Virus record (IMG/VR): IMGVR_UViG_3300043661_000153
Span: 1 to 53,987 of that record
Length of the DNA: 53,987 bases
Source: a virus
Lineage: Duplodnaviria > Caudoviricetes
Strand: one strand, 5' to 3'
Part shown: positions 28,115 to 37,266 of the stretch, piece after piece
Layout: every line of letters begins with the position of its first letter
Numbering within the stretch: the stretch's first letter is position 1
Made by a program: the position numbers and the translations under genes
Notes under the pieces: generated by a model
What the model was told of the DNA's origin: nothing
Database searches by the model: none
The model's input: only the letters and a program-made list of their open reading frames with translations

Positions 28115-29178
28115 CCGATCTCAATCTCACCGGCGAAAGCTACGCGCACTCGCTGATCGCGGCCGGCAAGGTCGACCGCAATTCGCCGTGGTCGTTTACG
28201 GCCGATGACGGCAATGCGCTTTTGGGCAAAGGCGGCGACGATTGGGATTCCTACGGCAAGGTTCATCTTGGACTTGATCGTTCGGCGAGCGACAAGACGA
28301 AGGCGCGCTACAAGTATCCGGTTGCCAAGAGTGGCAAGCTTTATCGCTCCGGCGTGATCGCCGCCAAGCAGCGCGCGTCGCAGCAAGGCGACGGCGCGGT
28401 CGAGAAAGCGGCAAGCTCGCTGCTCGATCAGATCGACAAGCCGAAATCGTCGCTCGTTGTCGAGCACAAGGCCTCATCCTTCGAATACAAGTTTGTCGAG
28501 GGCGACGGCAGCGCGCTCGGCAGCTTCGAGGGCTACGGCTCGGTCTTCAACAACGAGGATGACGGCGGCGACGTGGTTCTCCCTGGCGCCTTCGAGAAGA
28601 CGCTCGACGCCCATGACGCCGCCGGGACGATGCCGAAAATGCTGCTCAACCACGGCAGCATGGGCGGCTCGCCGTTCGGCGGCAACGATCCGATGGCGGA
28701 CCTGCCGATCGGCAAGTGGACGAAGATGTCGGAAGACAGCCATGGCCTGCAGGTCAAGGGCCGGCTGATCAATCTCGACACCGAGCGCAGCAAGAACATC
28801 TATGGCGCGATGAAGGAAGGCGAGCTGTCGGGCCTTTCGATCGGCTACAAGGCGCGCGATTTCATTCGCGGCACCAAACCGAACGAGCCGCGGCGCCAGC
28901 TCAAGGCGGTCGACCTCTTCGAGGTCTCGCCAGTCACGTTTCCGATGAACACGCGCGCCGGCATCAACACGGTGAAGAGCGCGCGCGATATCACCACGAT
29001 CAGAGAATTCGAAGACTTTCTGCGGGACGCAGGAAGCTTTTCGCGTGAAGCCGCCAAGGCCATCGCCGCCGGCGGCTTCAAGGCACTGTCGTCGCTACCT
29101 CGGGATGAGGCCGACATAGGCGAAGAGATCGCGGGTTCCATTCAGGAACTCGTCGACAAAATCCGCTCATCCACCTGA
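28111..29178 (+). CDS. HK97-family prohead protease with a ~120-aa N-terminal extra domain
   Basis: FEGYGSVFN..DVVLPGAF..LLNH..PIGKW..GLSIGY..EVSPVTFPMN. Confidence 0.93.
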   Translation: MTDLNLTGESYAHSLIAAGKVDRNSPWSFTADDGNALLGKGGDDWDSYGKVHLGLDRSASDKTKARYKYPVAKSGKLYRSGVIAAKQRASQQGDGAVEKAASSLLDQIDKPKSSLVVEHKASSFEYKFVEGDGSALGSFEGYGSVFNNEDDGGDVVLPGAFEKTLDAHDAAGTMPKMLLNHGSMGGSPFGGNDPMADLPIGKWTKMSEDSHGLQVKGRLINLDTERSKNIYGAMKEGELSGLSIGYKARDFIRGTKPNEPRRQLKAVDLFEVSPVTFPMNTRAGINTVKSARDITTIREFEDFLRDAGSFSREAAKAIAAGGFKALSSLPRDEADIGEEIAGSIQELVDKIRSST

Positions 29179-29185
29179 GGACATC

Positions 29186-30607
29186 ATGAAAACCAAGAGC
29201 CTGCTCTTGTCCGCGACTGCGGACATTGCGGTCACGCGTCGCGCGCTTGCGCTCGCGGGTGCCGCGCGCTTTCACTCGCTGCTCATGCTCGCGAGCGCCG
29301 GCGGCGAAATCGCCGAAGAGGTCAAGAAGGCGGTCGAGCCTTTGATGACCGCATTCGACGCCTTCAAGGAGGCAAACGACGCTCGCCTGAAGGAGATCGA
29401 GAAGAAGGGTAGCGCCGATCCGGTGCTCACCGACAAGCTGGCGAAAATCGAGACCACGCTCTCGAGCTACGAAGGCATCAACCAAAAGCTCGCCACTGCG
29501 GAAACGCAGTCCAAGGCGCTGGCTGAGCAGGTTGGCGCGGTCAACGCCATCATCGCCAAGATGGAGGCCAAGCTTGGCCGTCCGGGCCAATTCAGCCTCA
29601 ACGGCTTCGATGCATTCGGTCGCAAGACCGAACTGAAGAAGCGCGTCGGCGATTGGGCGCGTGCCGTGATCCAGGCTGGATCCATCGGCGCGCAGAACCT
29701 CAACGACGATCAGCGCAAGATGATCGGCGACATCTCTGCGGCCTACAAGGTGCTGCGGATTTCCGACGACACTCTGGGCGGCTACCTCGCCGTCCCGGAA
29801 TTCGTTCCGGAGATCATCGAGGCGATCGTTCTGATCTCCAATGCTCGCTCGATCGTCAACGTGCGCCAGACCGCCAACAAGTCGGTGCGGATCCCGAAAC
29901 GTACCGGCGTCTTCGCCGCCCAGCGCGTGACCGAGCAGGGCACACGTTCGGAAACGACTGGCCTGACGTTCGGTCTCGAAGAGGTGTTGGCGCCGGAGAT
30001 GTACGCCATCATCGACATCTCCAACGAAGACCTCGAAGACAGTGCCTTCGATTTGCAGGAATACATCCAGCAGAACGCGGCCGAGCAGTTCGCCGTGCTC
30101 GAAGGCAAGGAGTTCGTCACCGGCACCGGCGTCGGCCAGCTCGAGGGAGTTCTCACCAACGCCGCGATCGCTGCCGACGTAACCACCAACGCAGCAACGC
30201 TGAGCGCCGATGGTGTGCTCAACGTCTGCTACAATCTCAAGACCGCGTATGCGCGAAACGCCTCCTACATCCTCAACCGCCAGACCATCGGCGCGGTTCG
30301 GACCCTCAAGGACGGCGTCGGCAACTATCTCTGGATGCCGGGCTTGCAGAACGGCTTGCCGAACTCGATCAACGGTCAGCCCTACTACGAGTTCCCGGAC
30401 ATGCCGGCGGTGGGCGCGTCGACCTATCCGATCGCCTTCGGCGATTGGAAGCGCGCCTACACGATCGTCGATCGCATCGCGATGACGTTCCTGCGCGATC
30501 CCTACACGCAGGGAGCGTCCGGCAACGTGCGCATGTGGTTCCGCCGTCGTTGCGGCGGCGCGGTGGTGCTCGCGGAGGCTATCCGCAAGCTGCAGTGCCA
30601 CACCTAA
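29186..30607 (+). CDS. Major capsid protein, HK97 fold
   Basis: Coiled-coil delta domain, GGYLAVPE, GTGVGQLEG, LKDGVGNYLW, IAFGDW, RDPY. Confidence 0.96.
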   Translation: MKTKSLLLSATADIAVTRRALALAGAARFHSLLMLASAGGEIAEEVKKAVEPLMTAFDAFKEANDARLKEIEKKGSADPVLTDKLAKIETTLSSYEGINQKLATAETQSKALAEQVGAVNAIIAKMEAKLGRPGQFSLNGFDAFGRKTELKKRVGDWARAVIQAGSIGAQNLNDDQRKMIGDISAAYKVLRISDDTLGGYLAVPEFVPEIIEAIVLISNARSIVNVRQTANKSVRIPKRTGVFAAQRVTEQGTRSETTGLTFGLEEVLAPEMYAIIDISNEDLEDSAFDLQEYIQQNAAEQFAVLEGKEFVTGTGVGQLEGVLTNAAIAADVTTNAATLSADGVLNVCYNLKTAYARNASYILNRQTIGAVRTLKDGVGNYLWMPGLQNGLPNSINGQPYYEFPDMPAVGASTYPIAFGDWKRAYTIVDRIAMTFLRDPYTQGASGNVRMWFRRRCGGAVVLAEAIRKLQCHT

Positions 30608-30660
30608 GCGCGATCTGATCGCGCCTCGCGCCGCCGCTCGTCGGCGGCGCTTCACCCTTT
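30608..30660 (+). terminator. Tandem hairpins after the capsid gene (weak terminator or mRNA stabiliser)
   Basis: GCGCGATC-T-GATCGCGC and GCGCCGCCG-CTCGT-CGGCGGCGC with a short U tract. Confidence 0.55.
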
Positions 30661-30681
30661 CATTCCACTGAGGATCATCCC

Positions 30682-31125
30682 ATGCAACCCGATCTCTATC
30701 ACGGCGTCACGCCGAAAGTGGCTCTGCCGCTGCAGACCGTCGGCACGACCGGCACCGGGCATACCAGCCCGATCATCGATCGCCTTGGCTACCAGGGCGT
30801 TCTCTTCCTGCTCGACTATGGGTCGGTGACCGCGACCAACGCGACCATCACACCCACTCTGACCGAGTGCGATACGACGGGCGGCTCGTTCACGTCCGTT
30901 GCCGATATCGACATGCTCAACACCGAACTCGGTGCGGGCATCGGCGCGACTGCAACGCGCGTGTCCGGCGTCAGCAAGAACGTCGTCAAGAAGCTGAGCT
31001 ATCGCGGCGCCAAGCGGTTCCTCAAGATCAAGGAAGTGCCGACGGTGACGGCCGGTGCGGAATTCGGCATCGACTATCTGCTGCACTCGCCGAGCCACGC
31101 GCCTGCGGGCGCCACGGAAGTCTAA
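30682..31125 (+). CDS. Capsid cement/decoration-type protein
   Basis: IIDRLGY..TECDTTGGSFTSVAD..YRGAKRFLKI beta-sandwich; follows the major capsid gene. Confidence 0.7.
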   Translation: MQPDLYHGVTPKVALPLQTVGTTGTGHTSPIIDRLGYQGVLFLLDYGSVTATNATITPTLTECDTTGGSFTSVADIDMLNTELGAGIGATATRVSGVSKNVVKKLSYRGAKRFLKIKEVPTVTAGAEFGIDYLLHSPSHAPAGATEV

Positions 31126-31150
31126 GCCTAAAGGCTCGGAGTTTTGCGTA

Positions 31151-31924
31151 ATGACAAACGACTCCATCGCGCGTCTCTTGCGCCTTGAGCGCGCGATGGA
31201 GAAGCGGCCGAAATCCGTTGCCATTCTCGGGCTCGGCCTGACCTTGCGGTCCTACATCAATATCGCGAAGGGCCAGGGCGCCCGGCGGACGATTGCCGAC
31301 GAGACCTGGGGCATCAACGCGCTGGGCGATGTCATCCAATGTGATCGCGTCTTCCACATGGACGACGTGCGCATTCAGGAAATTCGCGCCGAGGCGGATC
31401 CCAAGAGCAACATCGCCTCGATGTTGAAATGGCTCAAGACTCATCCGGGGCCGATCTACACATCGCAGACCCATCGGGACTATCCTGGTTTGGTCGAGTT
31501 TCCACTCGCGGACGTGCTCAATTCCTGCGAGGGCCAGCAATACATGAACACGACGGCGGCTTGTGCGGTCGCCTACGCGGTCCATATCGGCGTGCAGAAG
31601 ATCTTGTGCTTCGGTATGGATTTCACGCTGCCGAATTCTTACGACGCCGAGCAGGGGAGAGCTTGTGTCGAGTTCTGGCTGGGTTTCGCGCGTGCGCGCG
31701 GCATCGAAATCGTCTGCCCGAAATCGTCGTCGCTGCTCGATGCCTGCGAGCCATTCGAGCGGCGCATCTACGGCTACGACGCAGTCAATCTGAAAATCTC
31801 CGGTGAGCCAGGCAAGCTGCGGGTCAAGATGACGCCGCGCGCCGAGCTCCCGACCGCCGAGCAAATGGAACGGCGTTACGATCACACGCGTCACCCCAAC
31901 CCCCTCATGCGGGACAAGGACTAG
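31151..31924 (+). CDS. Glycosyltransferase-like / MptE-MAF-like Rossmannoid protein
   Basis: KSVAILGLG, WGINA, DRVFHMDD, NTTAACAVAYAVHIGVQKILCFGMDF. Confidence 0.6.
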   Translation: MTNDSIARLLRLERAMEKRPKSVAILGLGLTLRSYINIAKGQGARRTIADETWGINALGDVIQCDRVFHMDDVRIQEIRAEADPKSNIASMLKWLKTHPGPIYTSQTHRDYPGLVEFPLADVLNSCEGQQYMNTTAACAVAYAVHIGVQKILCFGMDFTLPNSYDAEQGRACVEFWLGFARARGIEIVCPKSSSLLDACEPFERRIYGYDAVNLKISGEPGKLRVKMTPRAELPTAEQMERRYDHTRHPNPLMRDKD

Positions 31925-31933
31925 GAGAGAACG

Positions 31934-32389
31934 ATGTTGCAATCCCTTCGTAAGAATGCCCTCCCGCTTGCTGCGCTCACGCTGGCGGCCTTCGCCGTGG
32001 TGACCAATCCCGGCACTAAGTCGTTCGCGCAGGACGTCTTGAACTACATGGCGCAGGGCGGCGCGCTCTGGGTTGTCGGCGGCGAGCTGGACATCAACGG
32101 CACGCTGAAGATCAACGGCGTGGCCGCCAAGTCCGCGAGCGGCCAGGCGACCACGGCGACCGCGAGCGACACCATCGCGACAGGCTTGACGAAAGTGACG
32201 TCATGCTCGGCCACGCTCGACGGTGGACCGCTGGTCGATCCGGAGATGGCGACCTGTTCGATCGGCGACCAGAACGGCTCGCCGGTGTCGGGCTCCATCC
32301 TGATCCAGACCTGGAAGACGTTCGGCGGCACGCCGGCGGCGTCTGCGACCTTCTCCAAGAAGGTGAACTGGGTCGCCATCGGTTCGTAG
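31934..32389 (+). CDS. Head decoration/fibre-like protein with an N-terminal signal-peptide-like segment
   Basis: AGGAGA RBS; beta-rich body (IATGLTKV..VNWVAIG); leader MLQSLRKNALPLAALTLAAFAVV..SFA. Confidence 0.6.
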   Translation: MLQSLRKNALPLAALTLAAFAVVTNPGTKSFAQDVLNYMAQGGALWVVGGELDINGTLKINGVAAKSASGQATTATASDTIATGLTKVTSCSATLDGGPLVDPEMATCSIGDQNGSPVSGSILIQTWKTFGGTPAASATFSKKVNWVAIGS

Positions 32390-32444
32390 CCTGCGCCAAT
32401 TGGCGCAGCCGCAAGAGCAGCAATTCGAGTTTCGGAGGCTTCCT

Positions 32445-32708
32445 ATGAAGATCAGGGTTGTCAAAGAGTTTCGCGGCGCCAAGGATGGCGACCATCATCC
32501 GACGCTGTTTCGGGTCGGCGATTTTGTCGAAGGTAATCTCGCCGACGTCGCACTGGCCGAGAAATGGGCCGTGCGCGAACGGTCGCGGCAGAGCAGCATC
32601 GCTGCCGAGCCTCTGACTGAGGCGCAAGGCGAGCCGGCCAGCGAGGCTTCGAGCGAGCCCGCGCAGGATCCTGCCGAGGCGCCCAGCGAAGCGCAGCCCG
32701 GCGAATAA
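32445..32708 (+). CDS. Small head-associated protein
   Basis: GGAGG RBS; KIRVVKEFRG..GDFVE..ALAEKWA plus acidic tail. Confidence 0.7.
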   Translation: MKIRVVKEFRGAKDGDHHPTLFRVGDFVEGNLADVALAEKWAVRERSRQSSIAAEPLTEAQGEPASEASSEPAQDPAEAPSEAQPGE

Positions 32709-32717
32709 CGGTCAGCA

Positions 32718-33404
32718 ATGCTCGCGGTCACCACGCCGGCGGCAACGACCGCGCTGACGACGCTCGCGAACGTCAAGCTCGCGCTCGACATCAAGACGGG
32801 AACTGACGACGCGTGGCTTAGGCGCCAGATCGATGTCGTGTCGTCGATTGCGATCAGTGTCCTTGGTGTCGAGATGGCAGAGGATGGCTCGCGCCATTTC
32901 GGCGTCGAGACAGTGACTGAGACGCTCGATCGCCGCACGCGTTATCCGTGGCTGCCGCCGCTTGGCGTCATCGCGCCGCGGCGTGAGGCGGATACTATTA
33001 TCGTGCTGGGGCGCCGGCCGGTGATCTCGATCGCCAGCGTCACGGAAGACGGCACGGCGGTCGATCCCGGCGACTACGAGTTGTCGGCGACGGACGGCAA
33101 GGTGAAGCGGCTTTCGAGCGATCTTGCCGCGGCGTGGCCGTGCACCTTGATCGTGGCCAGCTACACAGCTGGATGGAAGCTGCCGGGCGACAGCGGGACG
33201 AACCTGCCGCCGGAGATCGAAGAGGCTGTGATCCAGGGTGTCAAGGAACGCGTCGCCGGCCGCAAGCGCGATCCGAACGTGCGCAGCGAAAACGTCGCTG
33301 GCGTTCGCGAGGTGCAGTATTTCTTCGGCGCGCCAGGACAAGATCAGCCGCTGTCGCCGACGGTCATGGCGATGCTCAATCCCTATCGGAACATGAGCCT
33401 TTGA
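32718..33404 (+). CDS. Head-tail connector (gp6-like adaptor)
   Basis: LTTLANVKLAL..YTAGW..LPPEIEEAV..MLNPYR. Confidence 0.8.
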   Translation: MLAVTTPAATTALTTLANVKLALDIKTGTDDAWLRRQIDVVSSIAISVLGVEMAEDGSRHFGVETVTETLDRRTRYPWLPPLGVIAPRREADTIIVLGRRPVISIASVTEDGTAVDPGDYELSATDGKVKRLSSDLAAAWPCTLIVASYTAGWKLPGDSGTNLPPEIEEAVIQGVKERVAGRKRDPNVRSENVAGVREVQYFFGAPGQDQPLSPTVMAMLNPYRNMSL

Positions 33405-33406
33405 TC

Positions 33407-33808
33407 ATGGACAATCCCGGCGTTTCCGTCCTAGCGGCCGCGGCAGTTACGGTGCCGCTCACGGCGCAGGCCTTTTCGCCGATCGACGATCTCGACGGCA
33501 TCCAGGCCGCGAACCTGCTTTGCGAAATGACCGGGGGGACGGCCGGCACCAGCATCGACGTGCTGGCGCAGACGAGCTTCGACGACGGAACGACGTGGCT
33601 CGACGTCGCGCATTTCACCTTCAACAATACCGGTAGCAAAAAGTACGTGGTGCTCAACGCGTTGGCCTCCAAGGCCGTCACGGCCTATTCGGCGCTCGGC
33701 GCCGAAGGCGTCAATGACGGCCTTCTGGGCGACATGATGCAGGCGGTGATCACCACCGTTGGCACCTACACCAACACCACGATCGCGCTTCGCCTGCACG
33801 CGAAATGA
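33407..33808 (+). CDS. Putative virion structural protein
   Basis: QTSFDDGTTWLDVA beta-sandwich motif in the neck module. Confidence 0.65.
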   Translation: MDNPGVSVLAAAAVTVPLTAQAFSPIDDLDGIQAANLLCEMTGGTAGTSIDVLAQTSFDDGTTWLDVAHFTFNNTGSKKYVVLNALASKAVTAYSALGAEGVNDGLLGDMMQAVITTVGTYTNTTIALRLHAK

Positions 33809-34182
33809 GCCCGGAAGAGTGCATCGCCGGGCTCGATGGCGCGCTGGCGGCCGATGGCGAAGACATAATCCTGCGCCGCGTCGTCGGGGCGGCAAATATC
33901 GATGTGGGGGTCCGGGCAAGCGTGCGAGCCTATCGGCCGGAAGAGCTGATCGGTGGCATCTCGCAGACGGACTCCCTGGCCGTGATCTCGCCAACGCAGA
34001 TCAAGGACGCGCAATGGCCGGGCGGCCAGCCGGTCACCCAAGGCCGCTACAAGGGCGTTCCGTGGCTGCCGCAGAATAACGATCGGGCCGTCATCCAAGG
34101 GCGCAACCGGGGCATCACGTTCGTGAAGCCGTTTGTGATCGGTGGCGAGATCGTGCGGATCGAACTCACGGTAGCAGGGTAG
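33805..34182 (+). CDS. Head closure / head-tail joining protein
   Basis: GEDIILRR..VRAYRPEELIGGISQTD..VISPT; position. Confidence 0.7.
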   Translation: MSPEECIAGLDGALAADGEDIILRRVVGAANIDVGVRASVRAYRPEELIGGISQTDSLAVISPTQIKDAQWPGGQPVTQGRYKGVPWLPQNNDRAVIQGRNRGITFVKPFVIGGEIVRIELTVAG

Positions 34183-34248
34183 GCCTGTGATCTCTTCGCT
34201 CGGTAACCAGGTCGTGCGCTTCGATATGTCGGTAGAAGGCTAAGGCCG

Positions 34249-34662
34249 ATGGTCGCGCAGAATACCTCCGGCAATACGATCGACGGCATCTTGGCTGCCG
34301 TGACGGATCTGGTGAACCAGACCGATCATCATCCCTATACGCGCAACACGTCGGGATCGACGACGCTCGATGGCGTGCTCAATGCGCTGACTGATCTGGT
34401 GACGTCGGGCAACACGCAGCCTTATCCGACCAATACGACGGGAACCGGTTGGAATGCTGTTCTGCTTGGCCTCACTGATCTGGTGAGCAAAGCCGACAAC
34501 CATCCCTACGCGGGCAACACCTCGAGCGTGACGCTCAACGGGATCATCTCGGCGATCACTGATCTGGTCGATAGCGGAAGCTCTACTCCTTATGCGGAGA
34601 ATACATCGGGCACGACGCTCGACGGAATTCTGGCCGAGTTGCCGTCCGCTCGAATTGCCTGA
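34249..34662 (+). CDS. Tandem-repeat protein (~28-aa unit x ~4.7)
   Basis: Unit YxxNTSGxTLDGILxAxTDLVxxxxxxP; TGATG overlap with the next gene. Confidence 0.7.
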   Translation: MVAQNTSGNTIDGILAAVTDLVNQTDHHPYTRNTSGSTTLDGVLNALTDLVTSGNTQPYPTNTTGTGWNAVLLGLTDLVSKADNHPYAGNTSSVTLNGIISAITDLVDSGSSTPYAENTSGTTLDGILAELPSARIA

Positions 34663-35327
34663 TGGCTGTCACAGTCAAAGTCGACCCGATCGACCGCGAC
34701 GTCGCGGTGATGCTGGCAGAGGACTTGTCGCCGGCGGCTCGTAGCGCGACGCTGGCCGAGTTTGCGAGAGAAGCCCTCTCGGATGCCGAGGATCAGAACA
34801 AGGCTGCACTAGGCGTCGTGCCTCCTTTCGATACGTTCGTTGATGGTAGCCAAGGCAAGAGCGAAGACCAGGTCCAGCCCGACGGCGTGATCGTTTACAC
34901 GTTCAAGCTGGTCGGGGATGTGCTGAGCTTCGTCGATCAGCAGCTCATTGCGCATTCGCCGGTGAAGACCGGACGCTATGCGCGGTCGCATGTTCTCTAC
35001 GCGGACGGCACCGAGACGGATCCTGATAATCCTGCGGCGGCTTCCGAGTATGTGTTTCTCAATCTGCAGCCTTATGCGCGCAAGATCGAGAAGGGGCTGT
35101 CGCCGGCCGCTCCGGAAGGCGTTTATGAGGGCGTTGCGACGCTAGCCGCAGGACGGTTCGGCAACATCGCCAAGATCAGCTTCACCTATCGATCGCCGGC
35201 CGGCGGTGCGGTTGCCGATTGGGCCAAGACTGCGAGCGCAGCTCGGCATGCGCGCGTTCATCACAGGGTCAGCAACCCGCAAGCGTGGCTCACCAATCAG
35301 CCGGCGATCGTGATCAGGGCCTTCTGA
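34662..35327 (+). CDS. Neck / tail completion protein (HK97 gp10-like)
   Basis: SPVKTGRYARSH, NLQPYARKIEKG. Confidence 0.7.
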   Translation: MAVTVKVDPIDRDVAVMLAEDLSPAARSATLAEFAREALSDAEDQNKAALGVVPPFDTFVDGSQGKSEDQVQPDGVIVYTFKLVGDVLSFVDQQLIAHSPVKTGRYARSHVLYADGTETDPDNPAAASEYVFLNLQPYARKIEKGLSPAAPEGVYEGVATLAAGRFGNIAKISFTYRSPAGGAVADWAKTASAARHARVHHRVSNPQAWLTNQPAIVIRAF

Positions 35328-35328
35328 C

Positions 35329-35742
35329 ATGGCACAGCAGGCTGTCGTCGATGCCGTGATCGCGCGGCTGAATGCCAATTGGACGACGACTTCGGTCTTC
35401 GTGCCGAACGATCCTCGCGGCGATACGCCGGCGGATGGCTCGCCTTTCGTATCGGTGCAGTTTCCGACCGCGACTGAAACCTTCATCGCGATGGCCGCGG
35501 TCGGCTCGCGCCTGGTGCGAGAGGCTGGAACGGCGCGGATCGTGGTGAGCGTGCCTCGCGGTCAAGGGCTCGATCTCGGTCTCGGCTACTGCGGCACGCT
35601 CGCGGCGCTGTTCCGGCTGCAGACGTTCTCCGGCGTTGTTTGCTTCGAGGCGTCGCCGCCCTTCGACAACGATAGCGGCGACAACGGCGCCTACTGGGTG
35701 TTGTCGACGTCGATCTCATATCAATTCGACTTTTTCGCATAA
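35329..35742 (+). CDS. Tail terminator-like protein
   Basis: Position before the tail tube; PN..P..FVSVQF..G..VSVPRGQG..LAALFR. Confidence 0.7.
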   Translation: MAQQAVVDAVIARLNANWTTTSVFVPNDPRGDTPADGSPFVSVQFPTATETFIAMAAVGSRLVREAGTARIVVSVPRGQGLDLGLGYCGTLAALFRLQTFSGVVCFEASPPFDNDSGDNGAYWVLSTSISYQFDFFA

Positions 35743-35754
35743 GGAGCGAGCGCT

Positions 35755-37203
35755 ATGGCGACTCCCGGCTCAAGTTCACGATCAAAAACTGGTTACGTCG
35801 CGGAAGTCACCAAGGGCACCACGCCCGCGACGCCGGCGATCCAGAACATGCGGCTGACGTCGTCTCAGTTGGCTTACACGCCGACGCGCGTTACCTCGAA
35901 CGAGATCAGGCCTGACCGCATGGTGGCGGATCAGATTCTGACCAAGTTCGAAGGCGGCGGCAATATCGGCTTCGAGCTGTCGTTCCACGGCCAGGACGAC
36001 ATGATCGCCGGCGCGCTGCAGGGATCATGGGGCAACACGCCGAACCAAGCGGTCAGCGCGCTGAGTACCACGACGGCGACGGTCGCGGCGGGTGCGACGT
36101 TCAAGGCGCAGATGCTGGCGTTCCTCTCTGGCTTCGCCACGCCGGCAAACAACAATCTCTTCGTGGTGTCGTCATCGGGCTCGACCACGGTCGTGTTTCC
36201 GTCATCGTCGTTCACTGCGGAAGCTTCGCCGCCGGCGGCGGCGTTCTGCCGCATCGTCGGCGCGCAAGGTGCGTCTGCCGACATCACGGCGACCGCAACC
36301 GGGCTTGCTTCGAGCTCGTTGGATTTCACCACGCTCGGCCTCACTGCCGGTCAGTGGATATTGATCGGCGGCGATGCGGCGGGAACGCATTTTGCCACGG
36401 CCGCGTGCAACGGTTGGGCGCGCATGGAGTCGATCACGGCACACGCCATCACTTGCGACATCGTGCCGGCCGGCATGACGACGGACGCCGGCACCGGCAA
36501 GACGATCCAGATCTTCTTTGGCGATTTCATGATTAACGGAACGACGCAGCAGTCGTTCACCTTCGAGCGCCAGCAGCAGGATTTGCCGTCGCCAGTTTAT
36601 GAGTATTTCCCGGGCTGCCAGGTCGACAAGTTCACGCTGCCGTTCAAGGCAAGCTCGGTTCTCACCGGCACGATCAGCATGGTCGGTCAAGGTTCGCCGA
36701 CGCAAAACCCTCCGACCACAACGCGCTTCGCCGGGGCGACCGATTTGTCGGCGCCGACCTACAGTATCCTCAACGCCTCGTCGCACATCGGCGAGCTTTA
36801 CGAGAACGGCGCCGCGGTCACCTCGTTCATCACGGAGATCGACCTTGATATTGCCAACAATCTGAGCGCCCAATTCGCCGTCGGTAACATCGGCGCCATT
36901 GGCGTGCTCAACGGCGAGTTCAATGTCTCCGGCAGCCTTGTCGCGTATTTCAGCAACCTGACGCTGCTCCTGCAATGCATAAATGACACCGACACCTCAA
37001 TGATGTTTCGCGTCGGTCGGACTGACGGCAATCGCGAAAGCCTGCAGTTCGACGTGCCGTCGATGCGCGTGTCGGCCACGTCACCGGTCGATGCCAAGAA
37101 CCAGAGCCGCATGCTCAACGGCACCTTTGCGGCGAAGATTCATCCGGTGCTGCAGTACATGCTCAGCGTCTCGCGCTTCTGGTATCTGCCGATCGCGAGC
37201 TGA
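35755..37203 (+). CDS. Major tail tube protein
   Basis: GYVAEVTKGTTP..SNEIRPDR..GGNIGFELS..SFTFER; AGGAG RBS. Confidence 0.85.
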   Translation: MATPGSSSRSKTGYVAEVTKGTTPATPAIQNMRLTSSQLAYTPTRVTSNEIRPDRMVADQILTKFEGGGNIGFELSFHGQDDMIAGALQGSWGNTPNQAVSALSTTTATVAAGATFKAQMLAFLSGFATPANNNLFVVSSSGSTTVVFPSSSFTAEASPPAAAFCRIVGAQGASADITATATGLASSSLDFTTLGLTAGQWILIGGDAAGTHFATAACNGWARMESITAHAITCDIVPAGMTTDAGTGKTIQIFFGDFMINGTTQQSFTFERQQQDLPSPVYEYFPGCQVDKFTLPFKASSVLTGTISMVGQGSPTQNPPTTTRFAGATDLSAPTYSILNASSHIGELYENGAAVTSFITEIDLDIANNLSAQFAVGNIGAIGVLNGEFNVSGSLVAYFSNLTLLLQCINDTDTSMMFRVGRTDGNRESLQFDVPSMRVSATSPVDAKNQSRMLNGTFAAKIHPVLQYMLSVSRFWYLPIAS

Positions 37204-37266
37204 TCGCACGCCTGCGCCAATTGGCGCAGGCTTCGCTTTTGTTGAATCTCACTTGGGAGTTGCATC

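Noticed and set aside
29078-30655. Long antisense ORFs (also 16995-18107, 25112-25906, 45180-46412)
   Set aside because: Shadow frames expected opposite high-GC3 genes; no recognisable motifs.
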